Positions 14,371 to 27,820 of a stretch of 64,000 nt of DNA are shown here, piece after piece; within the stretch, counting starts at the first letter, position 1; every line of letters begins with the position of its first letter. A program made the position numbers and the translations under genes. This stretch comes from the human T2T-CHM13v2.0 reference genome, Homo sapiens. The stretch lies in NCBI RefSeq assembly GCF_009914755.1, contig NC_060929.1. One strand, 5' to 3'. A model generated the notes under the pieces. It was not told the origin of the DNA. It did not search any database and saw nothing but the letters and a program-made list of their open reading frames with translations.

Positions 14371-14524
14371 TTTTTGAAAAGTTCTCAGCCATTTTTGGAG
14401 ATCACATTAAAGATTTTGCTTATAAAAATGTATAGACATTCAAAACATTTTGGCATACAAATTCAGGGAGTTTACAGAAACCTTGACATCCATCCTTGAA
14501 GCAATCTTTTCCATTAAAAATCCA

Positions 14525-14790
14525 TTAGTATAATCAAGAAAGCCTGCGTCAGCAGCCCCAGGTTTTAGAATGTAATCAAGCTCCACCAATGCCTTGCTTT
14601 GCGGCTTTGGACAAGTCATTCCTACAATCTAGACCTCACTCTCATGATCTGTAAAGTGGCTGGAATATACAAGGTGATCTAGCACATCCATTTCAGACCT
14701 AACATTGTTGATTCTCTAGTGCTGCAGACATAAAATACTCTAATCCAGATCCTTCACTGTGCAGACTGAAAAACTGAGACCCAGAGAAAA
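14525..14790. mobile_element. MIR fragments
   Basis: ctttggacaagtcatt..cctcactctcatgatctgtaaagtgg; cagactgaaaaactgagacccagaga. Confidence 0.7.
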
Positions 14791-15406
14791 TCAAGCAGTA
14801 GCCATTGCCCCAGAATGACTCTGCTTTGATCTGGAATTTTCCCACTAGCCAAAGTTGTGTGTCTTCCTGCTCTTTCATTGCTAAGATGTGGTTTCCAGTT
14901 CAAGGCTTGATTGATTGGGTCAGTCAATGCTTTTTTATTGATTTGACCCAATTCCAGAGCCATAGAAAGTTGGCCACTTATGGTTGATGGGAAAAATAAA
15001 GGAAAGGTATAGCAGTCTTCTTACCAACTCAGCTATCCTTATCAGCCTGTTTTTTGTTTCATATTTTCTTATCGAAGAGGCTCATCCACATGGTATAAAT
15101 TCAAGGTCATGATCAGGTGGGAAAGGTTTGACTTAACTGGAAGAAGGCATTTTGGAACAGGGAAAATCCACAAGTCAATGCCTGTCAGAGCTCTTGGTTC
15201 AGAGTCGGTAATCAGTCACTGGAGGGAAGGATTAAAAAAAAAAGGGTGGTAAGTTGTTGTTTCCATGTCTAACTTTCAGATTCTATGAAGATGAGGAGCG
15301 TGCTTTCTGTAACTTCTTCCTTCCCCCAATTTTATATATGCCACTTCCCATAGTTAGAGAGTAGGACCCTGAACTATAGCCAAGTGCAGATACAACAGCT
15401 CATTAC

Positions 15407-15876
15407 TGCATTAGTTTTCTGTGGCTGCTGTAAAAATTTCCAAAATGGGTAGCTTAAAAATGTATTCTCTCACAGCTCTAGAGGCCAGAAGTTCTAAGTC
15501 AGTTTTACTGAGCTGTAATCCATGTTGGCAAGACCACACTACTGTGGAGGCTCTAGGGCAGCATCTTCCTGGCCTCTTCCATCTTCTGGTGATTGCCACC
15601 ATTCCTTGGCTTGTGATTGCATCACTCCTCGCTCTGCCTCTGTGGCCTCACTGCCTCCTCCTCTTCTGTGTGTTGAAATCCCCCTCTGCCTCTGTCTTAT
15701 AAGGACACTTATTATTGGATTTAGGACCACCCAAAAATCTCAGAATGATCTCACCTCAAGATCTTTAATCACATCTACAAAGATTTTTTTTTCTTCAAGT
15801 AAGTTAACATTTACTAGTTCCAGGAATTAAATGTAGACATATCTTTGGGAGACCACTTTTCATTCAGCCTACCACA
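15407..15876 (-). mobile_element. MLT1C-like MaLR solo LTR
   Basis: tgcattagttttctgtggctgctgtaa..ctcacagctctagaggccagaag..tataaggacactt..ttcagcctaccaca. Confidence 0.9.
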
Positions 15877-15926
15877 GTTTCCTTCAGAGATACTCACCCA
15901 GGACAGCTGTCCTGGACAGTAACACC

Positions 15927-16428
15927 TGTGGGAGTTCAGTCAGGCTGGTGGGAAAAGTTTTAAGATGAAGTTATAGGATATAGACACAAATCTTCTCGGA
16001 AGGCTAGAAGGTTTTTGCAAAAGTCTCAGGATAGGGTTATGGCTGAAAGCAGCCTAATCCTTACCTTGAGTAAATAACTTAGAGTAGATACATAGGAATG
16101 CAGAGGAGTTTATCTAAATAACTTGCTTACTCAAGTGGTCCTAAAACTAACCTTTGATCATTCTAGGGCAGGATGGCTCCCTCAGGGGGAAGGCGACCAG
16201 GTTGGTTACCCTCTAATGGTGCTGACTCAAAGCCTTTGTCATTTAAGGTGTGCTGAATAAAAGCCAACAGGGCCAGCGAGTCAGGGCCGTGGCTGCAACT
16301 CTTTACAGCACTCTCCTTGGAGTCTGTAAGTGGCCCAGACCCTCAGCTGGACTGACAAGCATAATATCTATGTCGGTGTATGTTATTCATCCATCGTTGG
16401 GTCAGGGTCTGTGGGACAGACCCCTGCA
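15927..16428 (+). mobile_element. LTR22-family solo LTR (HERV-K HML-5)
   Basis: TG...CA termini (tgtgggagttcagtcaggctggtgggaaaa / gacagacccctgca); perfect 6-bp TSD aacacc (15921-15926, 16429-16434), as expected for betaretrovirus-like ERVs; AATAAA at 16256. Confidence 0.88.
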
Positions 16429-17739
16429 AACACCCTTGTCCCCACCGTTACCTAGGTATGAAGACAGATCCTTCCTTTCTAATTATTCCCCTTGAATATA
16501 ATTTGAAAAAGTTATTTCAATGCTTTTTACCACTGTTATTATTTTGAAAAGAAAGAATAAGAAGAGAATGAAGAAGAGTCTCCTTCCTCCCTGTTGATAC
16601 AGGGATAAATTATTTCATGCTGGCTGGGCTGGGTCATTAGAAGTCAGGCCCATACAAAGTCAGGAGGTCAGACAGGCTTGGTAAATTATAGCTAAAACAA
16701 AGTTTGTGAACATAGCATGGCAGGAGAAGTATGAGCCACTGTTTTCACAGCTCAAGGTAAGAGGTCCAAGAAGACATCAGGCAAAATCAAAACAAATATG
16801 GTAAAGGGATTAGGAGCCTACTTTTAGCAAATTTCAGTGGCTTTGTATGGTGTGCTCAGTTCTGCACAGTCAACTTCTCTTTACATAAAGGGACTCCAAA
16901 TCTCAAGCCAGGATCCTTCCCTGGTGGAACAAGTGGCCAAATAAGGAGGCCTGTCTTCGGCAGCTACCTTCCTTACCCAGCCCCAGCTCAAGCCCCTGAC
17001 TGCAGCACCCTGTTGGGAACCCAGGAAGCTGCAGAGCATATACCTCTCAGGAAGCAGGATAGGAGTAGAAGCATGAGAGAAGATGCCTTATAGTCTGCCT
17101 TGACAACACTGTTATGTCCCTGTAAGTGAGAATCATATAAAGGAAATTGCAGATGAAATAAGAAAAACTTCAAAGCTGAAAGTTGCCCGAGATTTGTGGC
17201 CTTGCATTAAATGCATGGCATTTGCTGTACAAGTTCCCATAATTGGCTAAGAAATCACACAGCTGGCGCTTTCACTCAGCCCAGGGAGATGAAAATGACT
17301 TGCAGTCCTTGCAAACAGAGGTTTTTCATGTCTCTCCCCAGGGTAACCTGAATATTTGCTGCCACACAGAGCATATTACTGCCCCAATTTGTTCTTTTTA
17401 CATTCCTCAGGAGACAGAACACCACAGGAAACTATTCCTCTCTTATAGAGGCCATATGTGTCTTCCCATTGGCCTCCTCCAAAGACTTCTTGCCACTTTC
17501 TCTCTCCCAGCTGTCTTCTCTTCCAAATCTCACTGCCAACAGCCAGTAAGGCTCACATCATTTTTCCCGGGGTTATTGAAATAATCTTCTCATTGTTCTC
17601 CTTGCTCCATTCCCCTCAACCCTCATCTCATCGTGCATAGCCTACAGTTTGTATGTCAGTTTCATCATGTTACAACCTTGTAAAGGACTCCCCCACTGCC
17701 AGCCTCCATGGTTCTGTGGGTAGTGACCATCAGCTGTCA

Positions 17740-19010
17740 GGGCTAGCACATCATCACATTAAAAACATTTACACTAATGAAGACTGCAAACAATACATTA
17801 ATTTTGTATATTAAACCAAATGAAAAGGTATACTTTATAATAAAGTCACTTTCATTGACTCATCTTAGACTTTCCCAAGTTAAGAGAAAAACGGGTGAGT
17901 TATTTTAGCCAGCAAAGTGGGAATTTCATATGACTCATGGCCTCCTACCTGTACTCTTCATTTTGCAAAAATTATGAATTACTAAAATTTATAAATTTGA
18001 TTTTCAGTGACTTTCATTTTTTAGATTTTACTCACATAGTAAAGTCGTTTTTAGTTTTACTCACATCGTATATGGTTGAATCATATACATTAAGTTTCTG
18101 TTCGTTACCTCATCTTGTAATAACAGCTGAAGAACTTTCACCTAATTTAAGTAGCATTTTTGAAACAGTAAGTATAGGTAAAGACAGGAATCCAAGCCAA
18201 TTCAGATGAAAGTTAATTTGCCAAAAGCGAGTTCACTGAATGATCAAGAGGACATGTCACCCACATGAAGCTGCCTGTGATGGAGAAAATTTACTATAGC
18301 TTTGAACATGAGGCTCAAACCAAGAGTCACAGATCATAAAGCAGGTGTAGACGTGATTGAGCTGCTTCTCAAGCTGGCAACTCTACATAGCAGGCTCAAC
18401 ACAGGCTCCACAGATTTTTCAATGGCTAACAAATCTCCTGAACACACTGAGGAGGTCAGCTAATTTTTTATTAGGAAAACATCAGAGATAAATAAAAGAA
18501 GAGTGAGCAGTTTATTTCCCTCATTTTACATGGATAAGAATACTATGAGAAACATTCACGGCATCAACAAATCTATGATGACATCAAATGCAAAGCAATG
18601 ATGGTAGTAAATTTTGCAGTGACATGCACATATTAATGAGATGTCAGAACTGGTCACTTCTTTTATTATTTAACCACATAATATGACAGGATTTATTTAT
18701 GCATGTTCTTTCAGAGAATATTCTTGCTTTTATGGAGGTAGAATAGACACCTAACAGAAAAACCCAAAATTCATTTTCTAAGATAAAATTTAATTGTGAA
18801 AAACATTATTTTTACTTTGTTTTCCTCATAAATGTCAATTTTTTCAGAACTTTAAGTAGTTCATTTGCTTGTATGCATGCTTGTTAATTTTTTTGTGAAT
18901 ACCACAACATAAAAGATTATGGCACTGATTGCTTTAATTTCCTGAAAATGTGAGTTTTGCCAGGTAGAAGATGAGTTGAGAGGTGGTATCAAAGTCTTCA
19001 CATGCTTAGG
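17740..19010 (+). mobile_element. Probable hAT (Tip100/Zaphod-like) DNA transposon remnant with decayed transposase C-terminus
   Basis: AT-rich block. 18120-18190 reads, with frameshifts, TAE-RTF..FK...NS-IGKDR, resembling the hAT dimerisation motif AERSFSxLK...LRxxMxxxRL. Confidence 0.5.
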
Positions 19011-19329
19011 ACAATGTGTTGTGCTGATAAATATGAAAAGTCATATGTATCTCATCAAACAAACAAAATGGTAGAGAACTGTTGATTGGTTTTCCACTAT
19101 CATGTCTCAATCACTCTTTTTAGTCTTAGCGTCCATATTAACACACTGATACTACCATTTGCTCCATCCAAATTGCACACTGCCTGCACAACCTCTCGCT
19201 CCACACCTCTCTGGCTTTGTGCCAGCTCTCCTGTACCTGGAAAGTCCTTCCTGCTCCTCTCTATACCTGACTCAGATCCTTCCTCTTCCATGAAGCCTCC
19301 TCTGGAAACCAACAGTTCTCCTACTTCAA

Positions 19330-19485
19330 TGGACATAAAGGGGAGGGAGGAGGAGAAAGCATATTTAAAATGCTGAGCCACTCCCTCAAGATTCTGACTC
19401 AGTAGGTTTTGGAGTCCAAGAATCTTTATCCTAATATCCCTAATGAGTCTAAAGAACATCAGTTGGTCCACAAAACACTTAAGAG
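19330..19485. mobile_element. MER5-type hAT-Charlie fragment
   Basis: agattctgactcagtaggt...ccaagaatct...tggtccacaaaacactt. Confidence 0.6.
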
Positions 19486-20154
19486 TCACTGCAAAGACTT
19501 GACTATGGGCATCTTGCCCTCTGACAACTCTTATAAACATGCACTTAGCCAAACCTCATTCATCCAGTCCTATTTCACGTTTCCAACTGGACTGTCTTCC
19601 TCCCTTAAATCCACCAGCACGTGGAAAGTCCACAGTAAACAAAGGATGGTGTTGATGGATATTCGACACGATGTAATGCACCATATTTGATAGAGAACTT
19701 CAGGCTCAGACACTCCTCTCCTCACACATGGCATGCCTCCTCCCTTCCTTGTGGTCTGGGCATGGTTCATTCCCTATTGCAGATCATGACAGCAACTCTG
19801 CAGGTAATGTACAAAAGAGACAGACCACTCTGCTGGAGAAGGCCAAGGATAGATTTAATGATAATGACACTCTGGAGGCTGAAGGATAATGTCGAGTTGA
19901 TTTCCCTAAAGGTGGAACAACAACAAAAAAGTATTACATTTTCCGGAATGAGTGATTTAGATTAAATATACCAAACACATCCCTGTCTAGAATGCTAATT
20001 AGGTTAGCATGGGGTGTGGAAGCACATTCCATCTCTAGAGGATCAGAGAGTATTAGAGCTGGGAGGAAATTGAGCAGTCTGTCCACATCCACACACAGCC
20101 CTCTTGCTGCAGGAAAAAAAAAATATGTATGTGTCTCTCGCTATCCCAGGCTAG

Positions 20155-20451
<297 letters not shown>

Positions 20452-20759
20452 TGACTTCAGTGGCCTTGCCCATCAATAATGCCCTTGCTCATCCTTTTTA
20501 AACATTGATTCGATTTTCTCATAATAATGCAAATATACACAGTCTCTTTTCTGCTAGACATGAACAAGCAGCCTTCTGCCAGCTCCCATAAGGGTAGAGA
20601 GGGACAGCCTGGCCACAAAGGCACTGTGGTGAAGTTGAGCTGAAAGATGAAACCTAGAGATAGCAAACGTGTCCTGAATCAAGCTAAGCCGTACTTTCTA
20701 GTTGAAATCATTGCCAAAATATTAGAAAGACAGGAATTAGAAAAATTCAATATTTCATT

Positions 20760-21230
20760 GCTGAAATATTAGAGAAACAGGAAGGCACAAAGATAAAACA
20801 CCCAAAACTTCGCCATCTAAAGAAAAAGTTAAAAATTTTTTTTCAGTATTTGTTCTATATGTGTGCATATTTATAGGTTTCACAAAACTAATATTCCATT
20901 TTTAAAAAGGCTTGTGGAACATGATACTTCCCAATTTTGGCAATATAGGATGAATATTTCCTCATCAATATATGTCCTTTTCCAAACTGATTATTAATGA
21001 CAACATAATATTCCAGTAATGGATAACCATAATTTATTTAACTCAACCTATATTGTTGACCTTAACCTTGTTTCAATTTTTCGCTATTCTAAAATACTTC
21101 TTCTTTGTTCATGGGCAACATCTCTGAATATTTCCTTAGGATAAATTCCTAATGGTGACATTGCTGGATTAAGAGAAGTACCTTTTTTAACAACTTTTGG
21201 CATACCTTATCTCTCTCCTAATTGCCTCTC
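20760..21230 (-). mobile_element. Ancient L1ME fragment
   Basis: accataatttatttaac..tattgttgac..tttccttaggataaattccta..ttgctggatt. Confidence 0.7.
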
Positions 21231-21240
21231 AATATCGGTA

Positions 21241-21854
21241 GAGTCAGTTCTTCTGTAATGCTTGTTTTGAAAGTGTGTTGCAATATGATTGATTTGTTAG
21301 GGAGCAATTCCAACATACTGCAAATTTCACATTTGCTTATATGAAATAATGCTCTCTGCAAGAAACACTAGGTGAACTCAGAAAACTGCATCCTACTCAA
21401 TGGAACCATGTAAGAATACACAAAATGCACACATGAATTTACACCAAACATCTACCAGCTACCTTAGTTAACCATGTATGTTGTGAGCCACATGTAAGCA
21501 CATCTGGTGTCACAACCTTCTCTAGTTTCAGATAGCCCTCCCTCCACTTCACAGTAATTCACAAGCTGCAATCTTTCTGATGCCCACTTCCATAAGCAAA
21601 ACTTTAGGTCTGTTGCAAGGTAAAATGTCATATTACTGCAGATCTTAAGAATTTTTTAGCCATCTAACATGTGTAAAACTATGCTATCATTTTTGCAAGG
21701 TTACTATTTTCTTTTTTAATGTATCACTGATGAATTTTCAAGTGTTGTACTCCGAACCTCATTTTCCCCTTAAGCTCTGTGGTTTTTATGTATAATTTTA
21801 TATGGCACAGTGATTTTTAGGAACATATATGTCACACTCTGACAGAACTGACTG
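21241..21854 (+). mobile_element. Tigger8-type TcMar DNA transposon
   Basis: TIRs gagtcagttct / agaactgactg flanked by TA on both sides; internal gaaacactaggtgaactcagaaaactgca matches recalled consensus. Confidence 0.85.
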
Positions 21855-22569
21855 TACCTGAAACTTAGCATACCTGAAACAATCTTGATTTGCAATTATC
21901 CCAGAACCTCTTCTTTTTCCCATGTCATCTCAGAAAATGCTATTAACATCTACTTTGTTACCAAGTTAGAAACTGAGACATCAACTTCCTTGCACAATGA
22001 TCAGCAGTAGAAACAACCAGTTTCCTTCACTGTGTGCCTGTTCTGTTGTAGACAGAGCGCTGGTTGTTATTCTCCTTGATTTGTCATCAAAACGATTCTA
22101 TTTCCAATGATTCCTTGGATTCATTTCATGTTTTCCATTCTCACATTCTCCATTCTGGCAGGTTCTCATTAACTACTGCGTGGCCTATTGGAATATCCAT
22201 CAACAGACACCAAATTCTCTCTGTTCTAATGCTTCCATTATGCTGCTTCATCTGCATGGAATGACCTTCCTCCTGTTTATGCATGATCTATTTCTGCTGA
22301 GTCTTGAAGTAGCCTCTCAAATATAAGCACTTTTTCCAACTCTTCTTTGACTTTCTTAAGCAGCGCATTGCTGCTTATCTTTGTCCTCACAGCACCATTT
22401 TCCTCAAAATAATTTAAATAAAGTATATTTTAAATGGATGGGCAGCTTTTATTTATGTGGCTAATTCTTTAATTAACTCATCTTTTAACCACGTTAGTGG
22501 CACACGTAAACCGCTAGCCCCCAATAAATTCTGGGATTTTGACAAAGCTCTTTATCTAACCACATGGAC

Positions 22570-24100
22570 TTCATCTCCTTCCTCTCCACCCACCCAGTGT
22601 AATCATCATCCTGAATTTCATGCTCATCCTTCCTTTGTTTCCCTTTGTTTTATCACATCTGTATACACTTCTAAAAATTATTTATTTTTATTTTCCTGGC
22701 TTTTAACACCATAAAAAGAGTATCACGCTATATGTAATTATTTAGAACATTTTTTCACTTCATGTTGTATTGTAAGGTCCATCTACATTGTTTATGTCAC
22801 TATGATGCACTTGTTTGATCTACTGTATATGTCCATCATATTGAGCTTATTAATTGGATAGTTCAGATCTTCTAACCCCTTGTGGATATTTTTGTCTTCT
22901 TAACAATAATTAAGACAGAGGGAGATTAAAAGCTCCCATGATAATGGTGTATTTATCAATTTCTCCTTGAAGTTTGACCAATTTTTGCATTGAATTCTTT
23001 TGAACAGTTGTGTTATATTTAAATTGTTAAATCTTTTGGAAAATTGATTCTTTTATCATTGTGTAGTGACCTTCTCCATCCCTGATAAATCTTTCTGTTT
23101 TTATTCTTTATTTTTACACTATTTATAATACAATGTTATTACATAATAAAGTCTATTGTTATTTATAATTTGATGTTAATATAACTATTCCAGCATTCTT
23201 TCATTAGTCTTTGTTTGATATGTCTTTTTTAAAATTTATTCTTTTATTTTCAATTTGTGTGTGATATTATGCTTTAGGTGTGGTTCTTATGAATCACATA
23301 TAGCTGGATTTTTTAAAACTAGTTTGTCTATCTTTAAGCCGGAAATTTAGACCATTTACATTATTTGTGATTTTTTGCTCCTCTTTTTATATATTTTGTT
23401 TTAATTCTATCTTGCTTTTTATTTCCAATTATAATATATAATAAGAAATTTAGCATATTCTCACAACATTTGATCTTGTCTCCACACATCTATCATATTT
23501 GTTTTACCTATACTTTAAGCTACTAAGATGTATTCTTTATTCTCTCATTATTTATTGCTTTTAAACAGTATTTTTAAATAGTTGATCGTCTTCTTGCATT
23601 TGGGGCTCTGTTGAAAAGTCTGCTTATGTTTATTCCCTTGCATGTGATTTCTTCTCTGGAAACATAATTTTTCTGTTTTTAATATTTTTAAACATCACTA
23701 TAATATTCCTAGGTGTGGGGCTTTTCTTCTTTCTTCTTTGGCATTTCAGGAACCCTTTCAATATGAAATGAGCTTTCATCTTTTTGAATTGAAATTTTTA
23801 GGGCGATTACTGTAGAGTCACATAGCTGTACAGAATAATATAGGAAGATCCCTATATACTTTGCTCAGTTCCCCCAATGGAAATATTTTACATTTCTGCT
23901 TGGTTATTTTTGTGATTGCTTGTTCTTGTTTCATAATTTTAATATCTTCCCCAATCTATTTTTAGGTTAATTTGATGTTCCGGGTTATCCGGGTTTGAGG
24001 GTTTTTTCCCCTAATATTTCTGCTTCTGATAAAAATTCGCTCTGCTGTTTTTCTTTTGAAATACTCATGCTCTCAAACACATTGTTACGTTGGCCTGACC
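22570..24100 (-). mobile_element. Fragmented ancient L1M
   Basis: T-rich; gtatttatcaatttctcctt, cttttatcattgtgtagtgaccttct, taatataactattccagcattcttt, ttcctaggtgtgg. Confidence 0.65.
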
Positions 24101-25164
24101 CTGGGATGACCAGCTACTTTACCAGGCTTCGAATACAGGAAAAAACCAAACCCCTATCTGTGTCAGCCCAAAGAAGCTCAGGGAAGGGAGAAAGGGGAGA
24201 GGTGTAAAGGCCTTGGCAACCAGAACACCACTGTCAATCCTCCTTAGCCCACAAAACAACTCCTCATGTTTAAGCTTTAACTTCCAATCCCCAGGGAATA
24301 ACAGTTTTAGGTGGGAACATTTCTTACATTATAATTCACCAGTGCTATGATTAGAGGAGGAGGTAGGTAAGCAACTGTCCTAATAGTGAGTTCTCACTGA
24401 TTTTTTTCAGCTTCTCATAAGCAAAGGGCTTCTGTTGTGGCTTCTTTCTCCTCAGAACACTTGTAACAGAGATCGGAGCCACTGCAGATGTGGTAGCCAT
24501 ACTGCTAGCCTCAAAGCAATGGAGTGGGGGAAACAGCAGAGCATCAACATTTGGGGAAGCTGAAATCCAGTGAGCCACCTTGTCTTCCAGTGATTTTTAA
24601 ATATTATGAGAATATAAGGGTGGGCATTTTTTACATGGCTACTCTATGAGCTGTAGATTTAGAAAGATGAATACTCATCTTTCAACTCATTATAAATATA
24701 CTTATTAAAAAATATAAGACTTTACCCTGCAGATAAGTGAATCTAACTCCCCAGAACAAGCAACCCTCAGTTCCATGGGAATGCCAGAGAGAAGGCAAGG
24801 AAAGAACTTGGAATTCTAAAGCTTTCTGTAAGACCCCATTAAGAAACAGAGTAGGCATAGTGAGAACCTTAGGGGAAAATATCATTGCCTACTTTCCCTG
24901 CTTCTTCCTTACCAACTCTCATACCCACAGGTAATAGCACTGATTTAGCAAAGAGATTAGGGACACTAGTGCCAAATGCAATGAAGGGGCCAAAGACTGT
25001 TTTCTAAACCGTGGTCATAAATGTGCCTAGCTGTTCCTCCTCCTGCCCATATCTAATTAACACTATGGAAAATGGGCTCTTGTCTTTCTACAGACAATTC
25101 TACCTGCTAAATAATGCCTCTCCACACCTGTTCAAACCAAATTCTAACATCCTCCAAATACCCA

Positions 25165-25700
25165 GTAATAATAATTAATAAATATTTTAAATTTGTTAAT
25201 AAGAATTATAGAAAGTCTGTATTTAGTAACACACTGTATTAAACATTTGCATGTATAAATTCTTCATGATAACCCTACTAGATAGGTGATATTATTATCT
25301 TCATTTTTAAAAGAACAAGGCTTAGAAAAGTAAGTAACTTCACTTTGGGAGGCTGAGGCAGATGGATCACCTGAGGTCAGGAGTTCAAGACCAGCCTGGG
25401 CAACATGGTAAAACTCCATCTCTACTAAAAATACAAAAATTAGCCAGACCTGGTGGCATGTGCCTATAATCCCAGCTACTCAGGAGGCCGAGGCACAAGA
25501 ACTGCTTGAACCTGGGAGGCGGTGGTTGCAGTAAGCCGAGATTACGCCATTATACTCCAGCCTGTGCGACAGAGCAAGACTCTGTCAAAAAAAAAAGAAA
25601 GAAAAGAAAAGAAAAGAAATTTGCTGAAGTTCATATAGTTGATAAGCAATAGGGCTTGGATTCTAATTCAGGCAGGCGAACTATAGAGTCTGACTTCTGA
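25165..25700 (-). mobile_element. MIR interrupted by an Alu
   Basis: taggtgatattattatcttcatttt..ggcttagaaaagtaagtaactt | ttgctgaagttcatatagtt.. Confidence 0.75.
25341..25618 (+). mobile_element. AluS, 5'-truncated by ~35 bp, with (GAAAA)n tail
   Basis: Begins at cactttgggaggctgagg; TSD-like aagtaactt/aagaaattt. Confidence 0.94.
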
Positions 25701-26254
25701 GACTTAAGATCTTCCTACCATTCCTGAACACCAACAAAAGTGTCTCTGCCACGTATTTTAGTGCTTGTTTGTGTATAACATAGCACTTGATCTATTTATT
25801 TCTATTACTATTACACTATAATGGTCTCAGGCCTGTGATCTTTGTTTCTCTGGTGAGATTATTAGACTTGTAGAAGACATAGGCTGAACAACCAATATTT
25901 GTTTGTTTCTCCTGGGGTACTAGACAAATAATAGCTGTTGAATACATATTTATTAAAATCAAGTCAAATAAAGTAAAAATTAGAAAAACTACAGTGTGCA
26001 GAGGAAAAGATAAATTCACCTTTGAATTAGTAACATTGTAGCATGAGTTGAAAAAACATCCATCAGGTAACACTCACGTCTGTGAAGTACCATGTGGCTT
26101 TACATTGTCTTCTCATCCATGATATCCTTTGCAACGCAAAAGTTTGTTTAAGAGTTCAAAGAATACTTGGTATTCACATTTTACAAACTAGAATGCCAGG
26201 ATTCAGAGAAGTAGTTGGCCACATTCATGTGCATAATAATCAATTTCTAATATA

Positions 26255-26630
26255 AAGGTGGTAGGTGGTAGACATTTGGAGTCTAAAGAGGTTGGATTCA
26301 AATCCATATACGGAATACCCTAGAAAAAGAGACCTGAACTCTGAGGTCAGTTTCCACATCTGTAAAGAAGGGATAGCATCTCCTATTAAGAGGGTTTTTA
26401 TAAAGAAAGATATAATTCAGAAAGCAGCTAACATTTCCTAGAACCTAATAGGCCCTTAATACATAGTAACTATTACGAAAAGGATATAGTAAGTGTAGTA
26501 GATAAGAACATAGGCTTGGGAGTCAGAGAGACCTAGGTTTAAATTCTAGCTCTGCCATTTACAAGCTATTTGACCTTGGGTGATTACATAACTTCTCTAA
26601 GCTTTAATTTCTTCACTTAAAATTGATATA
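26255..26630 (+). mobile_element. Two tandem MIR copies
   Basis: tcagtttccacatctgtaaag; ttgggagtcagagagacctaggtttaaattctagctctgccattt..tgaccttggg. Confidence 0.8.
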
Positions 26631-26801
26631 AAACTTCCAAGCCCTGCTCTGATAAAGAAGTTTCAACAGGACTAACCCTCCTGCTAACTACAACTATAAA
26701 AGCTGAACAAAATCTGTAAAAACTGGCAGAAGCCAATGTATAGCAATCAATGCAGGCAAAATATGAAGAGCTGTGATTCTGGAGAGATTCTGGAAAGGGG
26801 C

Positions 26802-27820
<1,019 letters not shown>

